A stretch of DNA of 61,367 nt from Candidatus Cloacimonadales bacterium (lineage in GTDB: Bacteria; Cloacimonadota; Cloacimonadia; Cloacimonadales; TCS61), in assembly GCA_030656075.1 (NCBI GenBank), contig JAUSOT010000145.1, positions 1 through 61,367 on the forward strand. Direction: 5' to 3'. Positions 28,811-38,435 of the stretch are shown in pieces (within the stretch, counting starts at the first letter, position 1; every line of letters begins with the position of its first letter). The notes under the pieces are model-generated. The model was not told the origin of the DNA and searched no databases. It worked only from the letters and a program-made list of their open reading frames with translations. A program made the position numbers and the translations under genes.

Positions 28811-30376
28811 ATGTACGTTTTATCGCGTGAAGAAATGTATGCCTTCGATAAATTTACCATCGAGCAGATCGGCATTCCAGCTAAAGAGCTGATGGAAAAA
28901 GCCGGCCGGGGTTGTGCGGAATTTATCAGGAATGAACTGCTTGGAAATCCGGAAGAAATGAAAGAAACCTTAAAAGTGTCAAGCGGGGAGAATAATTTGA
29001 AAGAGACGCTTTCAAGGTTCAAAGTTGCGATTTTTTGCGGAGTTGGAAATAACGGTGGTGATGGCTTCGTGATCGCTCGTTATCTGCGGGAGTGGAATTA
29101 CGAACCGGTCATCTTTCTGTTGGGAATTCCTGACAAAATGAACCCCGAAACCCGGGAAAATTATCAATCCTGCCGGCAGCTGGGAATCGCGATCATTTCT
29201 ATCGATAATGCCGATTTTGAATATGATCTTGCCAAATTCGATTTGATCGTCGATGCGATTTTCGGAGTTGGTTTGCAGGGCATCATCAAAGGTTGGCGAG
29301 CCGATCTGATCGAACGGATAAACAATTCGAACCCGATGGTGGTAGCAGTGGATATTGCCAGCGGTGTGGATGCCGATACCGGACAGGCGGAAGCAGCTAT
29401 TGAAGCAGATTTCACCTTAACAATGGCAAACTATAAATACGGACATTTACTGGGAAAAGGCCGTGAAAAAAGCGGTGAAACTTTGGTGGTTGATATTGGA
29501 ATTCCGGAAAATGTTTACGGGAAATTTCCACCCAAAGGTAAATTGATCACCGCGGAAAACGTGCTTTATCCGAAGCGATCCCGATTTTCCCATAAAGGAG
29601 ATTATGGCAGAGTGGGCATCATTGCCGGTTCTTCCGGTTACAGCGGGTCAGCAATCATGGCATCCCGTTCTGCTTTGCGAGCCGGTGCCGGGCTCATCAC
29701 GCTTTTTCATCCAGCCGGAATGGAACAGATTTTCGAATCACAACTTGTGGAAGTGATGACATATCCACTCCCCTTGGGAAGAGGAGATAAAGAGGGGTTT
29801 GGTAGATTCCTTGAAAAATTAAACACCATGGATGCTCTACTGATCGGTCCGGGAATCGGCACAAAAACTGAAATAAAAGATCTACTGACAGAAATTCTGG
29901 AAATCTGGCAGAAGCCACTTGTTCTGGATGCTGATGCTTTAAATATCATTTCCGCAAATCGAGAATTACTTGAGAAAATCAAGAGTAAACCTGTGATCCT
30001 CACTCCCCATATCGGTGAATTTGCCAGGCTCGCAAATCAAACTATTTCTGAAATTCAGAATGATCCCTTGAAAGCGCTGGATGAATTTATTGAAAAATAT
30101 AAATGTAATATATTATTAAAAAGTTCTACAACAATTTTTGCTGATGGCGACAGTTATCTGTTTAATACAACCGGTAATGATGGTCTTTCCACCGGTGGCA
30201 GCGGCGATGTGCTGTCCGGAATAATCGTTTCCTTCCTGGGACAAAAACTGAAACCGAAGGACGCCGCAATTTCTGCATCTTATTTGATGGGAGAAACTGC
30301 CGAAAAACTGGCAGGAATCCGCAGACCGGCTTCCATCATTCCGTCGGATATAATTGAGAATTTGTTTAGGTATTGA
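28811..30376 (+). CDS. nnr: Bifunctional NAD(P)HX epimerase/dehydratase
   Basis: LMEKAG, GNNGGDG, DAIFGVG, DIASG, SHKGDYG, GPGIG, LDADAL, TPHIGEF, GGSGDVLSG. Confidence 0.95.
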   Translation: MYVLSREEMYAFDKFTIEQIGIPAKELMEKAGRGCAEFIRNELLGNPEEMKETLKVSSGENNLKETLSRFKVAIFCGVGNNGGDGFVIARYLREWNYEPVIFLLGIPDKMNPETRENYQSCRQLGIAIISIDNADFEYDLAKFDLIVDAIFGVGLQGIIKGWRADLIERINNSNPMVVAVDIASGVDADTGQAEAAIEADFTLTMANYKYGHLLGKGREKSGETLVVDIGIPENVYGKFPPKGKLITAENVLYPKRSRFSHKGDYGRVGIIAGSSGYSGSAIMASRSALRAGAGLITLFHPAGMEQIFESQLVEVMTYPLPLGRGDKEGFGRFLEKLNTMDALLIGPGIGTKTEIKDLLTEILEIWQKPLVLDADALNIISANRELLEKIKSKPVILTPHIGEFARLANQTISEIQNDPLKALDEFIEKYKCNILLKSSTTIFADGDSYLFNTTGNDGLSTGGSGDVLSGIIVSFLGQKLKPKDAAISASYLMGETAEKLAGIRRPASIIPSDIIENLFRY

Positions 30377-30379
30377 GAA

Positions 30380-30572
30380 TGTTCGTTCAACCTTCCAGAT
30401 TGAATGAAATTTTAATCAAGACCATCCCTGGTCTTGACAGAGCACACCAGGATGGTGTAAGTTAACTCATGGTTCAACCAAGATGGTTGAACCAACAGAA
30501 AAATGACCATCTCTGGTCTTGGCAGAGCACACCAGGATGGTGTGCGTTAACTCATGGTTCAACCAAGATGGT
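30380..30572 (+). repeat. Left 193-bp REP array flanking the RAYT gene
   Basis: Near-identical to 31111-31303; contains GTTCAACC..GGTTGAAC and ACCATC.CTGG...CCAGGATGGT hairpins in two tandem units. Confidence 0.9.
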
Positions 30573-30606
30573 CGATGATCGGATTAATATTTTGAAGGAG
30601 ACCATT

Positions 30607-31107
30607 ATGGCATCACTCAGAGTATCAAAAGATAATGCTGACAGCATTTTCTTTGTCACTTTCACGATTCGCAGATGGTACTACATTTTTGACCGACATT
30701 CAAGATGGGATATTTTGCTTTCGGCTTTGAAATTTTATCAGGAAAATCAAAATTTGAAAATATATTCATGGGTCTTTATGCTCAATCACATGCATTTGAT
30801 TTTTCAGAGTGAAAATGCAATTAAATTCATTAATAGTTACAAGAGTTATACTGCTCAAAAAATAAGAGAAAATATTCAAGATACGGAACCGAAATTATTG
30901 AAATTATTCAAAACCGAAAAAGATTATCAAATTTGGCAGGGAAAAAATTATCCTGAAATTATCGAATCAGAGAAATTCTTTTTGCAAAAAGCAGAATACA
31001 TCATTACTAATCCGGTCAGGAAAGAATATGTTTATGAGCCGGAAGAATGGAAATTTTCATCTTCAAGTAGAATTCAATTGCTGAAATTAGAAAGTTTATT
31101 TGAATAG
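30607..31107 (+). CDS. REP-associated tyrosine transposase (RAYT / Y1 HUH)
   Basis: AAGGAG RBS then MASLR; FFVTF, WVFMLNHMHLI (HUH), IWQ, YIITNPVR, W.FSS. Confidence 0.9.
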   Translation: MASLRVSKDNADSIFFVTFTIRRWYYIFDRHSRWDILLSALKFYQENQNLKIYSWVFMLNHMHLIFQSENAIKFINSYKSYTAQKIRENIQDTEPKLLKLFKTEKDYQIWQGKNYPEIIESEKFFLQKAEYIITNPVRKEYVYEPEEWKFSSSSRIQLLKLESLFE

Positions 31108-31110
31108 CGG

Positions 31111-31303
31111 TGTTCGTTCAACCTTCCAGGTTGAATGAAATTTTAATCAAGACCATCCCTGGTCTTGACAGGGCACACCAGGATGGTGTACGTTAACTCA
31201 TGGTTCAACCAAGATGGTTGAACCAACAGAAAAATGACCATCTCTGGTCTTGGCAGAGCACACCAGGATGGTGTGCGGTAACTCAAGGTTCAACCAAGAT
31301 GGT
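31111..31303 (+). repeat. Right 193-bp REP array flanking the RAYT gene
   Basis: Direct repeat of 30380-30572 with about 5 substitutions. Confidence 0.9.
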
Positions 31304-31337
31304 TGAACCAACAGAAACATAAAAACGGAGGAAGGAA

Positions 31338-32087
31338 ATGTATAAAAAAATTGGATTTTTATTCTTTGTATTGGTCGTTTTGATATTAGGTTGCAGCAAA
31401 TCAAAACCGGATGCAAAAGTTGATGAAATGCTCACAACTTCGATGAACACCGTCGATCAGATTGTTCAGGATGAGCTGGACAGGCTGCACACGATTGCCG
31501 AATTGAAAGATGTGCAGGAAGGAAACTGGGATTTCATCAAAGCAGCTCTCACCGAAAATGAAACAGACCGTAACGCTGCTCTCTACTGGTATTCTCTTCC
31601 CAGCGGCAGCTATTTCACATCCGAAAAAGACAAAGTGGAAGCTAATTTAAGCAGCCGCGGTTATTTTCCTGATTTATTGGCAGGCAAAGATGTGGTCGGC
31701 TATCCGATCGTGGGCAAAACCAGTGGCAGAAAATCTTTCGTAATCGCTGTTCCGGTGATAGTGGAGGAAGAAGTTTATGGCATTCTGGGCACATCGATCT
31801 ATCTGGATGAAATGTGGGATTTCCTGAACGACAAGCTGATCATTCCTGAAAAATACGATTTCTATGCCGTGAATACCATGGGCATCACTATGTTCGATCT
31901 GGAAACTAAAGACCATCTGCTTGCTAACACGTTAGAACAGACTTCTACCACCCTGGTGGAAGCGATCAAAGTTATCATCAGCACAGAGAACGGCACGGTG
32001 ACTTATAAGTGGAATGATAAAAAGAAAACAGCGGTTTACCGCACATCACCCGTCACCAACTGGCGTTATGTTATCTCCTATTATTGA
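31338..32087 (+). CDS. Lipoprotein with a dCache-type domain
   Basis: Lipobox ILGC; NLSSRGYF, PIVGKTSG, IAVPV, GILG, C-terminal TNWRYV. Confidence 0.8.
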   Translation: MYKKIGFLFFVLVVLILGCSKSKPDAKVDEMLTTSMNTVDQIVQDELDRLHTIAELKDVQEGNWDFIKAALTENETDRNAALYWYSLPSGSYFTSEKDKVEANLSSRGYFPDLLAGKDVVGYPIVGKTSGRKSFVIAVPVIVEEEVYGILGTSIYLDEMWDFLNDKLIIPEKYDFYAVNTMGITMFDLETKDHLLANTLEQTSTTLVEAIKVIISTENGTVTYKWNDKKKTAVYRTSPVTNWRYVISYY

Positions 32088-32220
32088 TTTGCTTTACAGG
32101 AGAAATTGAAGCAGAAAATATTAAAATATTGACACGACAGGAAGTTGAAATTTTTTTTAAAAGGATTTGAATAGATTTCATTATCAGAAAGAGTTGAGAT
32201 TATATAGATAGGTTGGGGAG

Positions 32221-32907
32221 ATGAATCAGAAACAGAAAAGTTTAATTCAAAATGTTATCATAGTTGTTTTTATAATGATCATCATTGTAAATGTGAATAA
32301 GTGCGTCCACAGATCGACGATCTGGATTTCCGACCTGCCGGAAAAAGAAGTTTTCTTCAATTCAACCGGAGATAAACTGAAGGTCAGCAATCCTGATGAA
32401 GGGATTTCCAAACTGAAACAGAAACTGGAACCGAACGAATATATTCTCTATTACGATGAAAATCCTGCCGAACGCTGGTATGCAACCATGCGGCTCAAAA
32501 AAGGCGAAAATGAGGTTGATCTGAAATTCCGAAAACACACACTTCCGCACATCAAAAAAGAGCTGATCCTGGAATACAAAACCGATGATATAGAATTGGG
32601 GAATCGCAGTTGGCGCTATTCGATCTACAATTCCAAAAACAGCGAAATTTTTTATGATATGGAAATCAATTTCTCTCTACGTGGAAAATTGGTCGGAGAG
32701 GATTATGCTTACACCGCCAAATGGTGGCTTGATAAAAGCGGCAGCAAAAAAAGCAAAGAACAGATTAATCTTACCTCTCACGATAATTTGACTTTTACTA
32801 TTTATGAAGATGGTTTGCACAGAATCGATGTGAACCTGGTCTCGAACGGCAACACTGCCAGCTTTGAAATGAACGCTGTTTTTACCAAATACGCAAATAA
32901 AAAATAA
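32221..32907 (+). CDS. Hypothetical protein with N-terminal membrane anchor
   Basis: 228-aa ORF, GGGGAG RBS, hydrophobic N-terminus. Confidence 0.7.
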   Translation: MNQKQKSLIQNVIIVVFIMIIIVNVNKCVHRSTIWISDLPEKEVFFNSTGDKLKVSNPDEGISKLKQKLEPNEYILYYDENPAERWYATMRLKKGENEVDLKFRKHTLPHIKKELILEYKTDDIELGNRSWRYSIYNSKNSEIFYDMEINFSLRGKLVGEDYAYTAKWWLDKSGSKKSKEQINLTSHDNLTFTIYEDGLHRIDVNLVSNGNTASFEMNAVFTKYANKK

Positions 32908-33009
32908 AAAATATAGATTCTGAAAATATAAACTGAATACGAAGTTAGCTATAACTTCGGAATGCTGGTATTTTGTTTGAAGCACAATTTGGAAAAATGG
33001 AGCTTTATT

Positions 33010-35418
33010 ATGAAAAAGTTAATAGTTATTCTCTTTCTTTTGTTTTCCTTTTTTCTTCCGGCTCAAAATGTGGTCATCAACGAAGTACTCTACGATCCGG
33101 TTGGCTCGGATGGGGGCTATGAATGGATTGAATTGTATAATAATTCCGATGAAGGCGTGAATTTAGCATTATGGAGATTAGTGAAGGCAGGGAGTGAATT
33201 CGAAACAGTCTTTTTTTTCGATCTCTTTGCTTTTAATTATATTTCTCCGCATTCCTATTTCTTAATTGGAGAAGAATTCGTTCCGAATTGTGATCTCACC
33301 GAAACTCTTGCTTTTCAAAATGGCGGCTCCGAAACTGATGGAATTCGGCTTATTTCTCCCGACACGCTATACACCGATACAGTTTTGTATGATTCTCCCA
33401 ATACTAATAATCTGCCGGACGATCTGTCCAATCCCGGTATTTATTTTGCCGTCGATGTGGTGGGAGGGAATACTCTGGCACGCAAACACGATGGGGAAGA
33501 TACAGATAATTCTGAAACAGATTTTTTTGAATGTGAAATTCCTACTCCCGGAAGTGCCAATATTTACCCGGTTGATCTGGCAATTTACGAGCTGGAAATA
33601 GCCTGGAATAATGATGAATACTGGCTTCAAACAGAGATTGTTAATTTATCCACAGAAAATGTGGATAACTATGAAGCAACGCTCGAAATTACCATCAATA
33701 GTGCAACTTACGGCATCTTCGAACTTCCTGCCATTCCAGCTTCCAGTTCAGTGCCGTTTGCTTGTAACCTGGGAACGTTCACTGAAAATTATGTGATAGT
33801 GGAATGTTTGCTTTATTATTTGTATGATAATCAGTTAGATAATAATTTTGTCATCACCTCCATCCTGATCGATTCTTCACCGATTGTCTTGAATGAAATA
33901 TTTTTCAAGCCGCAAAGCACCAATCAGGAATGGCTGGAATTGTTCAATCGCAGTTCGTGTGCATATCTTGTGGATAACTGGAGAATAATCGACGCATCCG
34001 GCGGAGAAATAAGCTTTTCCGGCTTTCTGGGAGCAGATGATTTTCTGGTCGTTTGCCAGGATACGATTTTGATGATGCAGATCTATCCCAATATCGATCC
34101 GAATAAGATAATTCAAAGTGACAGTTGGACTTCCCTGAATAATACCACTGAAACATTAGTTTTGCAAGATGGATTTGCGGCGGTTTTCGATTCCGTTTTC
34201 TATGATGGAAATAACTGCCCTGCCGATTATTCATTGGAACGGGTAAATCCCTTTGAAGATGAAAATATCGAATGGCTGGTTTGCTTAGATTCACTGGGAA
34301 CTCCCTCTTTTCACAACAGTGTGCTTCCCATCGCAAAAGATCTGGAACTGGAATTTGTGGAAATCCGGGAAGAAAATGGAGAAATCTATCATAAAATTAA
34401 GATCACAAATATCGGCTTGGAAAATATTATTTCTGTTGATTTTACCTGTTTTCAATGGCAGATGGATGAAAATCCGGCAGTAGAAATTTATGCAGATGAA
34501 ATTACGATAGATGATGATCTGGAGATCGTTTTCAGTACAAATCTGCCGGATGTTGGTTATTATGAATTTGAGTATTTTGTGGATTCCGAGGAAGATTTGA
34601 ATGAAGCCAATAATTCAGACTGTTCATTTTGGGATTGTAATGGTCTTCCGTTCGTGATCAACGAAATCATGTATGCTCCGCAGAATGAAATGCCGGAATG
34701 GCTGGAAATCAAATTCAATCTGGGAATATCCGACATGACAGAATTTTTTCTGGTCGTGGATGAAGATACTTTGCAGATAGATTATCCTGCGTCGGAAACC
34801 GAATTCATGCTCGTCACCAATTCCTGGAGTGATATCGATACTTTGCAGTCGGTTTATAGCCTGGAAAACATTCCGATCATTTGCGGATTGACGTCACTTT
34901 CCAATAATGGCGAACAGCTTGCTCTTTTGGATGAATGCGGTAATTTGATCGAGAGTTTCTGCTTTTCTCCGGATTGGAATGATGCGATGCCCGGTATTTC
35001 CATCGAACGCGTAAATTCCTGTCTTACTGCCACAGAAAACAATTGGGGGCCTTCAGTTTCGGAATGTACTCCCGGAGTAGAAAATAGCATCTTCGTACAA
35101 GTTTTGCCGCCAAAAATGAAACTTTCTGTCGATCCCAATCCCTTCTCACCTTATCGCGGAGAACATACAATTTTCAGCTTCAAACTACCGGAAGTGATCA
35201 GCCGAATGACTTTGCGGATCTTCGATCTGAAAGGCAGAATGCTGCGCAAACTGGTGAACCAGGAACTGCAGGCATCCACTGGAAATATTGTTTGGGACGG
35301 CAAAGGCGACAACGGCAAGAATCTGCCGATCGGTGTTTACGTGGTGCTGATGGAAGCAGCTTCCTATGAATCGGAAAAAGTTTATAAAAAGAAGATCACG
35401 GTTGTAATAGGGAAATGA
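33010..35418 (+). CDS. Secreted multi-lamin-tail-domain protein with FlgD-Ig-like C-terminus
   Basis: Start MKKLIV (33010); three V.NE..Y/F.P....EW.E repeats with TPG/TPS ends; PNPFSP...IFDLKGR...WDGK. Confidence 0.85.
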   Translation: MKKLIVILFLLFSFFLPAQNVVINEVLYDPVGSDGGYEWIELYNNSDEGVNLALWRLVKAGSEFETVFFFDLFAFNYISPHSYFLIGEEFVPNCDLTETLAFQNGGSETDGIRLISPDTLYTDTVLYDSPNTNNLPDDLSNPGIYFAVDVVGGNTLARKHDGEDTDNSETDFFECEIPTPGSANIYPVDLAIYELEIAWNNDEYWLQTEIVNLSTENVDNYEATLEITINSATYGIFELPAIPASSSVPFACNLGTFTENYVIVECLLYYLYDNQLDNNFVITSILIDSSPIVLNEIFFKPQSTNQEWLELFNRSSCAYLVDNWRIIDASGGEISFSGFLGADDFLVVCQDTILMMQIYPNIDPNKIIQSDSWTSLNNTTETLVLQDGFAAVFDSVFYDGNNCPADYSLERVNPFEDENIEWLVCLDSLGTPSFHNSVLPIAKDLELEFVEIREENGEIYHKIKITNIGLENIISVDFTCFQWQMDENPAVEIYADEITIDDDLEIVFSTNLPDVGYYEFEYFVDSEEDLNEANNSDCSFWDCNGLPFVINEIMYAPQNEMPEWLEIKFNLGISDMTEFFLVVDEDTLQIDYPASETEFMLVTNSWSDIDTLQSVYSLENIPIICGLTSLSNNGEQLALLDECGNLIESFCFSPDWNDAMPGISIERVNSCLTATENNWGPSVSECTPGVENSIFVQVLPPKMKLSVDPNPFSPYRGEHTIFSFKLPEVISRMTLRIFDLKGRMLRKLVNQELQASTGNIVWDGKGDNGKNLPIGVYVVLMEAASYESEKVYKKKITVVIGK

Positions 35419-35443
35419 ATTGTCATTGCAAGTATTCTTTTAT

Positions 35444-35636
35444 CTTGTTCCCAAATTTCATTTGGGAACACAATTGAAAGCGAAACTCCAGTTTCGCCAG
35501 AGGAGATTCTCATTCCCAAACAGGAGTTTAGGAACGAGAATATAATACTTGTTTCATTTGGGAACACAATTGAAAGCTTAACTTTAATTTTGCCAGAGGA
35601 GATTCTCCTTCCCAAACAGGAGTTTAGGAACGAGAA
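35444..35636. repeat. Tandem REPIN-like elements (GTTCCCAAA...TTTGGGAAC family)
   Basis: Two tandem units; the same element occurs twice in reverse orientation at 45372-45595. Confidence 0.85.
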
Positions 35637-35699
35637 TTTAATTGAATAATCTGTGTTCATCCGTGAAAATCCGTGAACTAAAAAATAAGGAGAAAATTC

Positions 35700-37238
35700 A
35701 TGTATGGTAAAACAATTTCCTATGCCATTCAGGGCATCGATGCCCAGCAGATAACGGTGGAAGCTGATGTGAAAGGCGGATTATACAAATTCTTCATCGT
35801 TGGACTTCCATCAGATTCCGTTAAAGAAAGCCGCAACCGCGTTTCAGCCGCCATTAAGAATTCCGGCTTCCGATTTGCCAATCATCTCTACACTGTAAAC
35901 CTGGCTCCGGCTGACATCAGGAAAGACGGTGTGGCGCTGGATGTGCCGACCGCTCTCGCTTTGATCGTTGCATTGAATCAAGTACAGACAACTAAACTGG
36001 AAAAATATGCCTTCATCGGTGAGCTTTCTCTGGATGGGAATCTGCGCCCGGTGCGGGGAGTTTTGCCGATTGCCGTTGCCTGCTGGAAAGACGGAATCGA
36101 AGGATTGATCCTGCCCTATGAAAATGCCAAAGAAGCAGCGATCATCGAAGAATTGAACGTTTATCCGGCAACTTCTCTGAATGAGATCGTCAACTTTTTG
36201 GAAGATAAAATCGTGATCGAACCGCTGAAAGTGAAGAAAGAAGATATCTTTAAACATCTCGATGATAGCCCGGTGGATATGTTCGATGTGAAAGGGCAAT
36301 ATCATGTGAAACGTGCTCTGGAAGTGGCTGCAGCCGGCGGACATAACGTGCTGATGCTGGGCCCACCCGGTTCCGGTAAAACCATGCTGGCGCGCCGCAT
36401 TCCAACCATTCTGCCCAGTCTTACTTTGGAAGAATCATTGGAAACAACGAAAATCCATTCCGTTGCCGGTCTCACCGGCAGCAAGATGGGCATCATCACC
36501 AGCCGTCCGTTCCGTTCTCCGCATCACACCATCAGTGATGTAGCGCTCATCGGCGGCGGCAGTTATCCCAAACCGGGAGAAGTTTCGCTTTCGCATAATG
36601 GAGTTCTTTTTTTAGATGAACTTCCCGAATTCAAGAAATCAGTTTTGGAAGTATTACGTCAACCGCTGGAAGATGAGGTCGTCACCATTTCCCGCGCTAC
36701 CCAAAGCCTGGAATTTCCAGCAAAATTCATGATGGTGGCTTCCATGAATCCCTGTCCCTGCGGTTATTTTGGCAGCAACGTGGAAAGCCATGCCTGTAAC
36801 TGTCCCATTGCCGCTATTCAACGCTATCGCTCCCGTATTTCCGGTCCGCTTTTGGATCGGATCGATATTCATGTGGAAGTGCCAGCCGTAAAATATGAAG
36901 AATTGAGCGGAATTCCCACCGGAGAAAAATCGGTGGATATTCGCAAAAGAGTGAACGATTCGCGGGATATTCAACTGCAGCGTTTTAAAGATGAAAAGAT
37001 CTTCAGTAATTCGCAGATGAATCCCAAACAGATCAGAAAATACTGCCAACTGGAAGCCGACAGCAAGGATATTTTGAAACGTGCGATGGATAAATTGGGG
37101 CTTTCCGCCCGGGCTTATGACCGCATCCTCAAGGTGAGCCGGACAATTGCCGACCTGGAAAACAGTGAAAACATCAAAGTGAATCACATCAGTGAAGCGG
37201 TGCAGTATCGAAGCCTGGATCGGAAGTTTTGGGAATAA
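35700..37238 (+). CDS. comM: YifB/ComM family Mg-chelatase-like AAA+ ATPase
   Basis: IVGLP...VKES, VNLAPAD, GELSLDG, GPPGSGKT, RPFRSPHH, LFLDELPEF, NPCPCG, ISGPLLDRID. Confidence 0.93.
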   Translation: MYGKTISYAIQGIDAQQITVEADVKGGLYKFFIVGLPSDSVKESRNRVSAAIKNSGFRFANHLYTVNLAPADIRKDGVALDVPTALALIVALNQVQTTKLEKYAFIGELSLDGNLRPVRGVLPIAVACWKDGIEGLILPYENAKEAAIIEELNVYPATSLNEIVNFLEDKIVIEPLKVKKEDIFKHLDDSPVDMFDVKGQYHVKRALEVAAAGGHNVLMLGPPGSGKTMLARRIPTILPSLTLEESLETTKIHSVAGLTGSKMGIITSRPFRSPHHTISDVALIGGGSYPKPGEVSLSHNGVLFLDELPEFKKSVLEVLRQPLEDEVVTISRATQSLEFPAKFMMVASMNPCPCGYFGSNVESHACNCPIAAIQRYRSRISGPLLDRIDIHVEVPAVKYEELSGIPTGEKSVDIRKRVNDSRDIQLQRFKDEKIFSNSQMNPKQIRKYCQLEADSKDILKRAMDKLGLSARAYDRILKVSRTIADLENSENIKVNHISEAVQYRSLDRKFWE

Positions 37239-37673
37239 GATAACAATGAGCCACCAGTCTTTGTTCCTTTAATTCGGAACTACGCCTTGGCAGGCAGAGG
37301 CACGGAGAGCACAGAGAATCTGAAACAATTATGCTTTTTTTAACAACTAACCCGTCTTCTCCGGCGGTTGCCGGATACGCCGCGGCAGGCAAAATCGAAC
37401 AAATACGAACAAAAGAAATTTGTCATTCCCGTGGAAACGGGAATCTTGGTAGCTCACGGATTTGCACGGAAAAGCACGGATAATTAATCGACAGGATCAC
37501 AGGATAAAACGGGAAAACTAGGTGAACGTGAGACTCAACCTGGAAGGATGAACCAACTTTAGACATGAACAAACAACAAAAAAGATAAAAAAATGGTCTT
37601 TCTGAGGATGAACTTACAAAGGCATTCGACGAAGAATCTAAATAGAGAAAAAACTCTTCATCATTCTACAAAC

Positions 37674-38354
37674 TCAAAATCGTGAAAAATACTTTTTTAT
37701 GACTTTGAAAATGTTCTTCCTGCCCAAAATAAAATACATGCCTACCAGCATGCTGATTACAAACGAAAAGATAAAGAAAATTTTACCAAGAGTTGTTGGA
37801 ACTGCATAGGCGAAGCCTATTCTCACAAAACCAATAACCAGAAAGAACATGTAAGCAGAAAAGCCGATTGCTTTACTTTTGGAGATTTTTACCGATTTAT
37901 CAAATGTTCCCCAGGAACTTTTGCTGTCCGTTATTTGGGAATCAAGTTCTTCTAACAATTTTTCAGTTTCGGGAGAATATTTTTTCTTGAGGTTTTGCGG
38001 TTTTGTCACCTCTTGTCGAAACAATGGAATATCCGGATATTTTATGGCAAATAGAAAACAAGTAGGACAGACGTAAAATTTAGTCTGATAATCGTTTGTT
38101 TCATAATTCTCTTCCCGATATGGTTGATCGCAACTGATACAGCTTCCCTTGAATTTCGTTTGGTTTTGTTTGGCAGAAATGAGAAAATTTGTAAAAAGCT
38201 GATGTTTAAAGTTCATTCTTTTCAATAAAGAAAAACTATATACTTTTGAATTACATCTCACACATTGATAATAGACGCCTTGGCCATCGTTCTTTTGTTC
38301 ATATTCTGAATTACAAAATGGACAAGATTTCAAGTTTCCTCCTTTTCCTATCAT
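37674..38354 (-). CDS. Hypothetical double zinc-ribbon protein with two C-terminal TM helices
   Basis: CPFC, CVRC, CISC and CPTC pairs; hydrophobic C-terminus. Confidence 0.7.
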   Translation of the reverse strand: MIGKGGNLKSCPFCNSEYEQKNDGQGVYYQCVRCNSKVYSFSLLKRMNFKHQLFTNFLISAKQNQTKFKGSCISCDQPYREENYETNDYQTKFYVCPTCFLFAIKYPDIPLFRQEVTKPQNLKKKYSPETEKLLEELDSQITDSKSSWGTFDKSVKISKSKAIGFSAYMFFLVIGFVRIGFAYAVPTTLGKIFFIFSFVISMLVGMYFILGRKNIFKVIKKYFSRF

Positions 38355-38435
38355 TCTGGCCCCTTCGTCGTAGCTCAGGACAAGCTTGTCGAAGGATTGA
38401 GTAAAATAAAGCCCATGAATTCATTCGCGGGAAAA

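Noticed and set aside
30469-30606. N-terminal extensions in the ORF track (RAYT; also 8764, 19650, 23679, 26392, 32962, 39682, 55536)
   Set aside because: They run through repeats, promoters or neighbouring genes; downstream starts fit the RBS and family N-termini better.
30380-31303. CRISPR array
   Set aside because: Units repeat in full without unique spacers, no cas genes are present, and they flank a RAYT gene.
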